Assembly (NCBI GenBank): GCA_947629255.1 | Contig: CANRDF010000001.1 | Coordinates: 758 to 64,757 of the forward strand | Direction of reading: 5' to 3' | Length of the DNA stretch: 64,000 nucleotides | Source of the DNA: an uncultured Bacilli bacterium | GTDB lineage: Bacteria; Bacillota_I; Bacilli_A; RF39; UBA660 | Shown: positions 29,852 through 39,348 of the stretch, in pieces | Layout of the letters: each line of letters begins with the position of its first letter | How positions within the stretch are numbered: position 1 is the first letter of the stretch | Program-made: the position numbers and the translations under genes | The notes under the pieces: generated by a model | What the model was told of the DNA's origin: nothing | Seen by the model: only the letters and a program-made list of their open reading frames with translations | Databases searched by the model: none

Positions 29852-31174
29852 TTACAAAGATAATGTATATGGTTTTTCTTGACTACCATCCTGTCCATTA
29901 TCTACAATTTTAATACTTTGTTTTAAATACAAAGAAGGATATGTTTGTAAAGCATGATATGTACCATTACTTGTATAAATAGATAAATTAGGATCTATTC
30001 CATAAGCGTATATATTCCCATCATTTCTAGATGTAATCGTCCATATGTATTTAGAATTTGGCTTTATCCAACTGCTATTATAGCATTCTAAACTATACGT
30101 ATCATTCGATTGTATATTAAACAATATTTTGGATAAGCATGCATCTCGTCCTTCCTCTCCTCCATCTGTTGTATATCCATAATCACTAGGGTAAATAAGC
30201 CCTACCCCATGAAAAATTGCAAAATTACTATTTTCTTTATTCCAAACAATTGCTTGACCATTATAACTATTACTGCCACGTTCTTTTTCATATAAATCAT
30301 TTACATAACTATTTACTCGCATTCCATATCCTGTATTCCAAGAAATATCTTCATCAATCATATCATGTGATAAAGAATTTAACCCTTTTATTTTTTCACT
30401 ACCATCAAAATTACATACACTTTCAGTCTTATCACTAGTATTCCAACATTCTCCACTTTCACTATTATAATAAATTCCATTTAACATTTCCATAAGACTC
30501 GATTTTGTCCAATCATTATTGTCATCTTTATCCCAAGCAAAAGATCCAATACTTTCATTTCTAACAATTTTTACTCTTTGTTCTATTGTATTATCTTCAT
30601 CTATCATGACATTCACAAGTCCTATGATGCGCCAATCTTCATCATTAAATTTAATATAATTATTTGGATTTGTCCCCGCATAACGCCATTCGGTTTGCTT
30701 AAATCCCTCATCTAATGAACTATCTTCATGTTTGACTTCATAAAGTCCATCTCCACTGGTCACGGCTTTCACTGGTTTTCCTAAAATAAAAGCACCTTTC
30801 ACAAAATATAAATTACATTTCGTTCTTGACGTAGTCATTCCACTTACATGTACTGTATAATCTTCGGTTAAAGATACATGAATCTTTTCATCATCCTGTC
30901 CATTTATTCCACAGTAACTTGCATCTTCATCTAATATATATCCGCTATGAATTTGAGGCATTTCTTTTTGAATATTGTTATCCACATAAAAAGCAAAGTA
31001 AATGTTTCCTGGATCTTCCAATGTTCCATTAATCACATTTTGATTTGTTTTCACTTCAAAAATAGCAAATGTTCGATATAAAACAACTCCACTTACTAGC
31101 AAAATACAGATAATCGTAAATACTATAATTCCAAATTGTTTATGATTTCTTTCTTTAAATTTTTCTAGCCTCAT
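29852..31174 (-). CDS. secreted protein with SipW/TasA-like signal peptide (paralog family; C-terminal EKPYTLSL)
   Basis: Start at MRLEKFKERNHKQFGIIVFTI...LYRTFAIFEV...NGTLED. WRIIGLVNV block shared with the 860-aa protein. Own promoter TTGACA-17-TATACT. Confidence 0.6.
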   Translation of the reverse strand: MRLEKFKERNHKQFGIIVFTIICILLVSGVVLYRTFAIFEVKTNQNVINGTLEDPGNIYFAFYVDNNIQKEMPQIHSGYILDEDASYCGINGQDDEKIHVSLTEDYTVHVSGMTTSRTKCNLYFVKGAFILGKPVKAVTSGDGLYEVKHEDSSLDEGFKQTEWRYAGTNPNNYIKFNDEDWRIIGLVNVMIDEDNTIEQRVKIVRNESIGSFAWDKDDNNDWTKSSLMEMLNGIYYNSESGECWNTSDKTESVCNFDGSEKIKGLNSLSHDMIDEDISWNTGYGMRVNSYVNDLYEKERGSNSYNGQAIVWNKENSNFAIFHGVGLIYPSDYGYTTDGGEEGRDACLSKILFNIQSNDTYSLECYNSSWIKPNSKYIWTITSRNDGNIYAYGIDPNLSIYTSNGTYHALQTYPSLYLKQSIKIVDNGQDGSQEKPYTLSL

Positions 31175-31280
31175 ATCCTCACCTACTATTTCAAGTATAT
31201 TATTTTTAAAGGTATCTGTCAAGTACCATATTATCATTTTAAAGGTATTTTCGTAGTACCCTTATGTTAGGTGAAAGAAA

Positions 31281-31496
31281 ATGAAAGTGACATCAGAACA
31301 TTATAAACCAGAAGAAATGTTTAAAATTTTACGAGAATGGTCAGGACTTACTCAAGAAGAGTTTGGAAATTTAATTGGGAAAAATGGTCGTTCTTGGGCA
31401 AAAGGAATTGAAAGAGGCATCAATCGTTTCTATTTTTCTGATATCTATGACATTGCCAAAAAGTTAAATATTACTATTACATTCGAAAAGAAATGA
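31281..31496 (+). CDS. small XRE-type HTH protein divergent from the SipW-signal paralog
   Basis: 71 aa with LTQEEFGNLIGKNGRSWAKGIERG. RBS AGGTGA. Paralog of 36368-36586. Confidence 0.6.
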   Translation: MKVTSEHYKPEEMFKILREWSGLTQEEFGNLIGKNGRSWAKGIERGINRFYFSDIYDIAKKLNITITFEKK

Positions 31497-31862
31497 TTCT
31501 ATACTATTATTTCGAAACAAGCAAAAATATTACATATTGACACACGTCTAATGTTTCGTTATAATAAATTTGTTACAAGTAGTAATTGACTGCATTGTGA
31601 AGAGATACTCGAGGAACATATGAGTCAGTCTAAATTATATGTCATGAATAGCATTGTGAAGAACTTTGTTTTGAGGAACATATAAGTCTATTCGTTAATT
31701 TTTAAAGATGGCATTCCGCTTAGATAACTTTTACAAGAGTAGAAATACTTTTTACGGTATTGTTTCAATACAATATTATGACAAGTGCTGTTAGGCATTC
31801 TACTAAGGTTAGTCATTGACTATCCTTTTTGTTTATAAAAATTCCTTTTTTTGCATTTTAAA

Positions 31863-31885
31863 AAGCCTTACTCCAAGGCTTTACA
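31863..31885 (-). terminator. terminator downstream of tRNA-Arg
   Basis: AAGCCTT-ggagt-AAGGCTT followed by UUUU on the minus strand. Confidence 0.6.
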
Positions 31886-31892
31886 TTCAATC

Positions 31893-31969
31893 TGGTGTCT
31901 TGGATGAGATTCGAACTCATGACCTTTAGCTTCGGAGGCTAACGCTCTATCCAACTGAGCTACCAAGAC
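31893..31969 (-). tRNA. tRNA-Arg (anticodon CCG)
   Basis: Cloverleaf folded by hand. Acceptor GUCUUGG/CCAAGAC, anticodon loop CUCCGAA, encoded CCA. Confidence 0.8.
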
Positions 31970-32039
31970 ACAAACACATTATAACAAAATTTTGTACTTT
32001 TGACTACATTTGGTGATAAAATAGTAATGGTGATATCAT

Positions 32040-32579
32040 ATGAAAGTTATATTTTTAGATAAAGACGGTGTTTTAAATAGTAAGAATTATTTAATGAAAG
32101 AACAACAAATAAGAAATGCATTTAGTAAAATTTTAAGAACAGAAGAAGATAAAATACGTTATGAAATGTTTTCCATGAATCCAAAATGTCTTCATTGTTT
32201 AAAAGAAATTATTTTAGAAACAGGATCTTTCGTAGTTCTTACAAATACAGATCGTTTTAATGAATACTTTCAAAGATTTTTAGAAATGTGTAAAATTCCT
32301 ATTTATGGAGTAACTCCTTATCTAGGAAACAAAAGAAATTTAGAAATTGACGCTTATTTAAAAGAACATCAAGAAATTACAGATTATATTATTCTAGATG
32401 ATGAAGAAAAAACTTTTTCGGAAGAACAAAAACTTCATTTAATTCAAACCGATTCTTATTTAAAAGGAAATGGTTTAAAGGATCAAAATGTAGAAGAAGC
32501 CATTTCTTATCTTAATGGAATACAAAGAAAAAAAGAGCTTTCGCCCTTTAGAATAACCTCAAAATATCCTGAATGGTAA
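32040..32579 (+). CDS. HAD-superfamily phosphatase (subfamily IIIA-like)
   Basis: N-terminal FLDKDGVLN motif. Confidence 0.55.
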   Translation: MKVIFLDKDGVLNSKNYLMKEQQIRNAFSKILRTEEDKIRYEMFSMNPKCLHCLKEIILETGSFVVLTNTDRFNEYFQRFLEMCKIPIYGVTPYLGNKRNLEIDAYLKEHQEITDYIILDDEEKTFSEEQKLHLIQTDSYLKGNGLKDQNVEEAISYLNGIQRKKELSPFRITSKYPEW

Positions 32580-33591
32580 TCACGACCATGAGAAGCATGA
32601 GCAATGCAAAACCAATCATTGTACAAACATTTTCAAACTTTGCATTAATTTTGCTTCCTTTTATTTTCTCTATAATCATAAAGAACACATGTCCACCATC
32701 AAAAGCTGGGAACGGTAAAATATTAATAAATCCAACATTGATAGATAAGAATGCCGTGATATAGATAAGTTGTTGAATTCCATATTGGACACTTTGGTCA
32801 ACGACTTGATAAATTCCAACAGGTCCAGATAAATTACTTACAGAAACTTGTCCACTGATAAGTCCCCAAACAGTAACAGCCATGGAACAAATGACATCCC
32901 AGAATTTCCGGAAAACGAATCCAATGCTTTGTAAGAAGCCTTTTGGAGCCGTATTATCCATTTGAATTCCAAAAACTTTTCTCTCTTCCCCATCTTCTTC
33001 TACTGTTTTTGGTGTAATTTCAAAAGTCTTGGTCTCCCCATTTCTTTCAATTTCAAATTCATAAACCCCATCGGCATCTTTATAATATAAATAAATTTGT
33101 CCGACATCCCATGAATCAAAATGATGTCCATTAATCGCTGTAATTTTATCGCCATCTTGTAACCCTACTTCCATCGCAGCTGAACCCTCTTGTACATCTA
33201 ATATGGTAGGATTAGAAGACGTTGGTCCCCAAATAAGTGCCATAACGAAAAGTAATACTAAAGCAAGAATAAAGTTGTTCATAACACCAGCCACAAGAAT
33301 GACTAAACGTTGATACCATGGACGATTACATAAAAATTTTTCTTTTTTGATTTCAGAATCATCCTCGTAAATCTCTCCAGCCATTTGCACAAATCCACCA
33401 ATCGGAAATGCACGAATATTATAATAAATTCCATCTTTTCCTTTGTGTGAGAAAATAACTGGTCCCATTCCGATGGAAAACTCATAAATATATACTCCAC
33501 AAGTCTTTGCCCAAATGAAATGTCCAAATTCATGAACTAAAATAATTATTCCTAAAATTAAGATAAATAATAATAAACTAAGAATCCACAT
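32548..33591 (-). CDS. rseP: site-2 protease RseP/RasP (M50 zinc metalloprotease)
   Basis: HEFGH zinc motif in the first TM, a PDZ-like middle region and a C-terminal TM. Downstream of cdsA as in Firmicutes. Confidence 0.85.
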   Translation of the reverse strand: MWILSLLLFILILGIIILVHEFGHFIWAKTCGVYIYEFSIGMGPVIFSHKGKDGIYYNIRAFPIGGFVQMAGEIYEDDSEIKKEKFLCNRPWYQRLVILVAGVMNNFILALVLLFVMALIWGPTSSNPTILDVQEGSAAMEVGLQDGDKITAINGHHFDSWDVGQIYLYYKDADGVYEFEIERNGETKTFEITPKTVEEDGEERKVFGIQMDNTAPKGFLQSIGFVFRKFWDVICSMAVTVWGLISGQVSVSNLSGPVGIYQVVDQSVQYGIQQLIYITAFLSINVGFINILPFPAFDGGHVFFMIIEKIKGSKINAKFENVCTMIGFALLMLLMVVITIQDILRLF

Positions 33592-33600
33592 TTTTATCGC

Positions 33601-34395
33601 CTAAAACCCTTTCCATATCATAAATGCGAGAATTACAAATAAGAAACTATCAAACCGATCTAATATTCCACCATGTCCTGATATTAAATTAGAAAAATCT
33701 TTAATGTCATTTTCTCTTTTAATTTTACTGAATAACAAATCTCCAAATTGACTTATGACAGATAATACGAAACTCTGTAAAAGTATTCCTACTATATTTT
33801 GGTTACTAATGAGAAAATAATACAAAACAGTTGGTCCGATTGTTCCAAATATTGCTCCCCAGATACAACCCGCATAAGTTTTGTTTGGACTAATCACTGG
33901 TGTAATTTTTTTATGGCCAAACCATTTTCCCATCAGCATAGCAAAGATATCCGTAAATATTGGTATTGATAAAATATAACAAAGTAAATATAAATTTTCA
34001 TTTCTAAGAACGAGAACCGAGTGAAATGAGATTCCCAAAAAGACCAATACACCCATTAAATAAAAAGCATCTTTCGTTTCATAATCTCCCTTTTTATATG
34101 GAAACAATGTTGGAAGTAAAAAGACAAAACTGAGTATAGCAAGAACCACCCCTGGAATTCCATTAATCGTATCAAAATTATAAATGACTAAAAAGAATAA
34201 AGCACACATAGCAACTAAAACAATACCATTAGGAATCTTAGAATGACTTTGTTTTAAATCAATGATTTCTTTCAGTGCAAGCAAAGATAGAATACCGATA
34301 GCTATTGTAAATGCTCTTCCACCAGCAATAAATAATGGGATCAAAATAAGAGCTAGAACAATTGCACTAATGACTCTTTTTAACATAAGCACCAC
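33601..34395 (-). CDS. cdsA: phosphatidate cytidylyltransferase
   Basis: 264-aa polytopic protein. C-terminal signature SxxKRxxxxKDxxxxxPGHGGxxDRxD-like (KIKRENDIKDFSNLISGHGGILDRFDS). Confidence 0.85.
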   Translation of the reverse strand: MVLMLKRVISAIVLALILIPLFIAGGRAFTIAIGILSLLALKEIIDLKQSHSKIPNGIVLVAMCALFFLVIYNFDTINGIPGVVLAILSFVFLLPTLFPYKKGDYETKDAFYLMGVLVFLGISFHSVLVLRNENLYLLCYILSIPIFTDIFAMLMGKWFGHKKITPVISPNKTYAGCIWGAIFGTIGPTVLYYFLISNQNIVGILLQSFVLSVISQFGDLLFSKIKRENDIKDFSNLISGHGGILDRFDSFLFVILAFMIWKGF

Positions 34396-34471
34396 CTATT
34401 AAAAGTATACTATGATTCCCCAGTTTATTCAACTATTGACATAAAAACTTTACAAAATTTACTTTTTGCAA

Positions 34472-36271
34472 TTATGGAGTAAGGATAAGTCGAAAAGTAT
34501 TTCCTATACCTGCTATACCACGAGCACCCATAAATGTGCTAATTCCCGATTCACTTCCATGACTCATACTTCCATTTCGAAGAAACCACGGAAAATCTGA
34601 ATAAATAAAGTATGCCATATCAGCAAAATAACTACTTATGGATTGTGTAAGATTTTGACCATAACTATACTGAATGGTATAAAAAGGACCAGTCTCTTTT
34701 GTAGCATCCCCTAAATGTCCTAAGAAATAATTTTTCTCAGTGGTACCAAATTCGTATAAATCATAATATTTACTTTGAGGCATAAGTAATCCATCTTCTT
34801 TTTCTCCATCCATTTTAGAATAGGGACCATTAAATCCAGAATTTGTAGTAGAATTAATTCCCGTAGTAGGTGTTCTATTAGTAAGAGAAGATTGCATAAC
34901 CCCCATAACAAATTCTCCTGCTCCTCCAGACATATCATAAATTCCTGAATAATTTCCTGTTGTGCTTGATTCCATGCTTAACGGATTATAATAATTATAA
35001 CTATAGTTCCCATCCTGATTGATTTTCACATTTTCGTATTTATTACATTCTTCATTTGATGCTGTATATCCACAAGTTGCATCTTTACTTGCAGAATATC
35101 CTGTTATATAATTACCATTATTATTTAATCTTACTTCTTTACATTCTGTTTCACTGCATCTACCATATTTGGAATAAGTCAAATAGAAAACTGCACCCCA
35201 TTCTGTGTTTTTCATCATATGACTATCTAAATCCCGTAAATAATTATAAGAATTATAAAATGCATGAGAAATATCGATAGATCTCCAACTATAAGTATTA
35301 GGTTTTATTTGAATAGCGGAACTATTTAACACATTATAATTTTCAATGAGTGTTGTTCCAGTTTCAAATTTGCCGACCCACATTCCATTTGCATGAAAAG
35401 AGACAAAAGCAGGATGAGTCAGCCAATCATTTTGTTGAGTACCAGTCGATAAACCAGAATCTACAGTTTCATAGACTATTTTATATGGATTTTTTAAGCC
35501 TAAATTTGGAACACTATCGTTGTTTGAATGTACGCCTAAAGAAGTTCTGTCAGAATAATTATTATATGTACTTTCACTTTCTTTTAATTGATATCTATAC
35601 CTTGGAATCCACACAAAATAACTTTCAATATCACTTTCGGGTATTTCTTGTCCAGATGCATAATTATCTGACACACCATCTTTAAGTATCACGGCATTTG
35701 CCCATTGTTTATTGGCATAATTATACCATTCATCCGTAATATCTGCTTTTATGACTTTTCCACCATAATTTTGCAAAGCATTTATGTATTCTACATCACT
35801 TGGCTTAGCATTATTCATAATTTGAACTGGGACAAGTCGTCCATTTCCAAGATCTGGTATAGCACCGTTTAATTCTGAATCCTTATAAATTTGTTTGAAA
35901 TAAAGATAGCATTTTGTTTTCGTAGTAGAAACATTTTTAATTTCTATACTCCAATTTTCATAATCCCAATTAACATTACTTACCTGTTTGTCATTTAATA
36001 AATCTACACAATAACTAGAACTTGTATCTAATGAATAACCTTCTCCTTTTTTAGGAGCTTCTTTTACTATGCCATCATCTTTATAAAAAACAAACTCTAA
36101 ATCTCCCATGTCCCCTACTTTTCCTTTAATCACATTTTGATTTGTTCTTACTTCAAATATCGCAAATGTTCTATAAAGTATTACTCCACTAACTAGTAAA
36201 ATACATGTTATTGTAAACACTATGATCCCTATTCTTTTGTTATCTCTTTCTTTAAATTTTTTTAATTTCAT
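34472..36271 (-). CDS. secreted protein with SipW/TasA-like signal peptide (paralog family, divergent C-terminus)
   Basis: N-terminal 100 aa nearly identical to the 461-aa paralog (MKLKKFKERDNKRIGIIVFTI...LYRTFAIFEV). Promoter TTGACA-17-TATAAT. Confidence 0.6.
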   Translation of the reverse strand: MKLKKFKERDNKRIGIIVFTITCILLVSGVILYRTFAIFEVRTNQNVIKGKVGDMGDLEFVFYKDDGIVKEAPKKGEGYSLDTSSSYCVDLLNDKQVSNVNWDYENWSIEIKNVSTTKTKCYLYFKQIYKDSELNGAIPDLGNGRLVPVQIMNNAKPSDVEYINALQNYGGKVIKADITDEWYNYANKQWANAVILKDGVSDNYASGQEIPESDIESYFVWIPRYRYQLKESESTYNNYSDRTSLGVHSNNDSVPNLGLKNPYKIVYETVDSGLSTGTQQNDWLTHPAFVSFHANGMWVGKFETGTTLIENYNVLNSSAIQIKPNTYSWRSIDISHAFYNSYNYLRDLDSHMMKNTEWGAVFYLTYSKYGRCSETECKEVRLNNNGNYITGYSASKDATCGYTASNEECNKYENVKINQDGNYSYNYYNPLSMESSTTGNYSGIYDMSGGAGEFVMGVMQSSLTNRTPTTGINSTTNSGFNGPYSKMDGEKEDGLLMPQSKYYDLYEFGTTEKNYFLGHLGDATKETGPFYTIQYSYGQNLTQSISSYFADMAYFIYSDFPWFLRNGSMSHGSESGISTFMGARGIAGIGNTFRLILTP

Positions 36272-36367
36272 GTGAATCACCTATATATTCCCATTCGTTC
36301 TGTATGGATTATAATCAAATTATACATTCATATTGTATGCTTGTCAAGAAAGGATGAAAGTATAAAT

Positions 36368-36586
36368 ATGAAATTTATTGCAAATGATTACTCAGAAAAA
36401 GATGTCATGAAATTTTTAAGGGAAGGAACCGGACTCATTCAAGAAGAGTTTGGAAAAAGTATTGGTCTTAGTGGGATGACCATTCAAGGATATGAAAGAG
36501 GAATTAGAAATTATACCTTTAAAACATTTATGAAAATCATAAAAAAACATGGTTATACAGTAACCATTGAAAAAAAGAAGAATTAA
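36368..36586 (+). CDS. small XRE-type HTH protein divergent from the SipW-signal paralog
   Basis: 72 aa from MKFIANDY, with LIQEEFGKSIGLSGMTIQGYERG. Aligns with 31281-31496. Confidence 0.55.
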   Translation: MKFIANDYSEKDVMKFLREGTGLIQEEFGKSIGLSGMTIQGYERGIRNYTFKTFMKIIKKHGYTVTIEKKKN

Positions 36587-36614
36587 GTTAAACTGGCTCA
36601 AAAGCTTCTTTTTT

Positions 36615-39248
36615 TTATTTTTTAATAAGTTTTCTTACTTGAACTTCCTCTTTATCTAAAATAATTGCATTCGTTAAATCAAATTTTTCATTAACTCTAG
36701 GATCATCACTTAATATGACACGGCAACCTGATAAATTGCCTTTTGTCTTTATTAATTCTAATTTAGGATGCTTAATTTTATTTAAATCAATAAACGCATA
36801 AGTTTTTCTTAAATTGGCCCCATTTATATTAACATCTGTAAAATCTTTACCACTTAAGTCTAAACCTTCCAAATTACAACTTCTTAAACTACGAAAACTG
36901 ATTTTTTGAGGGTCAATATGAGCATTCGTTCCTTTTAAATTAGCGCCCTCTAGGTAAAAGTGTCCAAAATCTATTTTACTTAAATCTAAATTTTCAAAAT
37001 TGGTATATGATAAATCCCAATCACAACTCTCCTCTATAGTTAGTATATTTATATGAGCACTTGTATTTTTTAAATTGGCCCCGGTAATACAAACATCTTT
37101 AAAATCTGCTTTAGATAAATCAAGTCCTTCTAAATTAGTACCTTCTAAACTTTTTTCACACACTTTTTGAGGATTAATATGAGCATTCGTTCCTGATAAG
37201 TTTGCACATTTTATCTCACAGCCCGAAAAATTTTTGGAAGCCATAGGAACATTCCTCAGATTTACATCTATTAAACATTTTTTAAAAACACACTGTGGAT
37301 CTATATTTACAAGTGTATTTACAAAACTTGCACCTTTTATCATCGTATGATTAAAATTTGCTTTTTGAAGATTACAACCTTCTAAATTACAGTTTTCTAC
37401 TGAATTTTTTGCAAGCGTTTGAGGATTGATAGGAGCATGAGTATTTTTTAAATTCGTATTTTTTAAAATGGCTCTTGAAAAATCAGATTTTGATAAATCA
37501 AGTCCTTCAAAGTTACAATCTGTAAAATTTTTATAACGCATCTCTTTTGGATCAATATGAGCATTTGTTCCTTTTAATTTTGTTTTATATAGTTTTATTT
37601 TTGAAAAATCCACATTCGATAAATCTATATCTGTAAAATCAACTTCCGAAAAATCTTGTTGAAGAGCTTTTTCCATCCCAATTTTTTGAATAATGATTTC
37701 TTTTTTATCAGCATAACTTGCAAAAAGTAAATTAGGACAAGTTGGAGTTAAAATACATTTTCCGTCACAAAAAACAAAAAAATCTTCTGTATAAGGATTT
37801 TGCATGATAAAACAATTTTCTATATTGCTTTTTACATCATGATTGATAAATACTTCTCCTGGCACTATGTAAGCAAACGTATCTTTTAAATTTGTTTCTT
37901 CTAAATATACCCCTGCAAAGGACACATGGGATAAGTCTAAGCCTTCTAAATTGCATCTTCCTAAACTTTTATTAAGAATTTTTTGAGGATCAATATGTGC
38001 ATTTGTTCCTTTTAAGTTTGCACCTCTTATTTGTACATCTGTAAAATCAGCTTCTGATAAATCAAGGCCTTCTAAATTGCAGTCTTTTAAACTTTGTCCT
38101 ACCACTTTTTGTGGATCTATATGAGATCCAGTTCCTTTTAGATTAGATCCTTCTATATCACAACCTGTGAAATCTTTACCACTTAAGTCTAAGCCTTCAA
38201 GATTAGCATAAGATAGTCTTTTATTTTCAATCGTTTGAGGATCAATGTGTGCACCCGTGTCTTTTAAATTTGCCATTTCTATTTCACAACCAGTGAAATC
38301 TTGCCCACTTAAGTCTAAGCCTTCAAGTTTTGCCAAAGCTAGACTTTTTCCTGCAATCGTTTGAGTATTAATATGTGCCCCTGTATTTCTTAAATTAGCT
38401 CCTACGATCCCAACATCTGTAAAATCTACAGTAGATAAATCTATACCGCTTAAATCTGTATATTCAAAATTTTTGCTGTTAGCTTTTTCTATTCCAATTC
38501 TTTGAATGACTTCTTCTTTCGCTTTTCCTAAATAAGAAAGTGGTCTTAGTCGAAGCTGAATTTGTTTTACTTTCTTCCAAATTGATGTATAAAAAATACT
38601 TTTCTCTTCGATTACTTCCACTTTTGTTTCTTTTTCTTCGATAGAAATTATATCTTGTTTGGTAGAAAAAAGATAATCTTCTAAAATAGTCTCTAATGTA
38701 TAATTTTCTAAATGTGCTGGTAAAGAAAGAAGACTTGATTTTCCATAACTTTGAATACTTTCTATTAAATATGGAAATTTTTTTAAATCTTGATAATAAT
38801 TTATATATTCTTCCTTGTCTTCTTGATAATCTTTCATAATTTTTTTAAGAAGCAAATTGTGAAAACGCATATAAATATCTTTTTGAAGATTCATATTTCC
38901 AAAAGTTAAGACTATTTTTTCTAATTTGCTTTCGATAATATCAAATTTTTCTAAATTCACATCTAAATTCCAATCTTCAGTTAAATGAATAAGTTCTAAA
39001 AATAAAATATAAATTTCTAAATCCATTTCTAGTTTCATGAGTTCTACAGATAGCTCTGTTTCTGGATTTCCATAGTGATTTAGAACTAAACTTCCTTCTT
39101 TTTGTTCTTGTTCTTTTTTTAATTTATAACTCGAAATCAACAAATCTAATTTCTTACTTTCTTTTTCAAGCGAAACAGAGTATGTTTTTAATTCTTCTAT
39201 CACTGTTTTTAAATACTCGATTTTATTGATATTTTCCATTTGTAACAT
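36615..39248 (-). CDS. pentapeptide-repeat protein with N-terminal coiled-coil domain (paralog 1)
   Basis: Start MLQMENINKIEY with RBS GGGAGG. More than 15 copies of the 40-aa unit CNLEGLDLSxxDFTxxxIxGANLKGTNAHIDPQK. Conserved C-terminus GCRVILSDDPRVNEKFDLTNAIILD. Confidence 0.7.
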   Translation of the reverse strand: MLQMENINKIEYLKTVIEELKTYSVSLEKESKKLDLLISSYKLKKEQEQKEGSLVLNHYGNPETELSVELMKLEMDLEIYILFLELIHLTEDWNLDVNLEKFDIIESKLEKIVLTFGNMNLQKDIYMRFHNLLLKKIMKDYQEDKEEYINYYQDLKKFPYLIESIQSYGKSSLLSLPAHLENYTLETILEDYLFSTKQDIISIEEKETKVEVIEEKSIFYTSIWKKVKQIQLRLRPLSYLGKAKEEVIQRIGIEKANSKNFEYTDLSGIDLSTVDFTDVGIVGANLRNTGAHINTQTIAGKSLALAKLEGLDLSGQDFTGCEIEMANLKDTGAHIDPQTIENKRLSYANLEGLDLSGKDFTGCDIEGSNLKGTGSHIDPQKVVGQSLKDCNLEGLDLSEADFTDVQIRGANLKGTNAHIDPQKILNKSLGRCNLEGLDLSHVSFAGVYLEETNLKDTFAYIVPGEVFINHDVKSNIENCFIMQNPYTEDFFVFCDGKCILTPTCPNLLFASYADKKEIIIQKIGMEKALQQDFSEVDFTDIDLSNVDFSKIKLYKTKLKGTNAHIDPKEMRYKNFTDCNFEGLDLSKSDFSRAILKNTNLKNTHAPINPQTLAKNSVENCNLEGCNLQKANFNHTMIKGASFVNTLVNIDPQCVFKKCLIDVNLRNVPMASKNFSGCEIKCANLSGTNAHINPQKVCEKSLEGTNLEGLDLSKADFKDVCITGANLKNTSAHINILTIEESCDWDLSYTNFENLDLSKIDFGHFYLEGANLKGTNAHIDPQKISFRSLRSCNLEGLDLSGKDFTDVNINGANLRKTYAFIDLNKIKHPKLELIKTKGNLSGCRVILSDDPRVNEKFDLTNAIILDKEEVQVRKLIKK

Positions 39249-39299
39249 AAGAAGACCTCCCTGCAAGCTTATTATAACAAAGTACCATAAATTTTCAAT

Positions 39300-39323
39300 A
39301 AAAAACGAATCTTTGATGACTCG
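39300..39323 (-). terminator. conserved terminator (copy 1 of 4) after the PHP gene
   Basis: CGAGTC-loop-GATTCG with a G-U wobble, then a U-run. The TTGAAA-N16-TATAAT promoter of paralog 1 follows. Confidence 0.6.
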
Positions 39324-39348
39324 CTGTTTATATTTCGTAGAATAAAAT

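Noticed and set aside
39249-39266. ORF-track start MQGGLLMLQMEN of the 883-aa pentapeptide protein
   Set aside because: The extra codons are the RBS itself (CAGGGAGG). Paralog 2 starts at MLQMENINKIEY.
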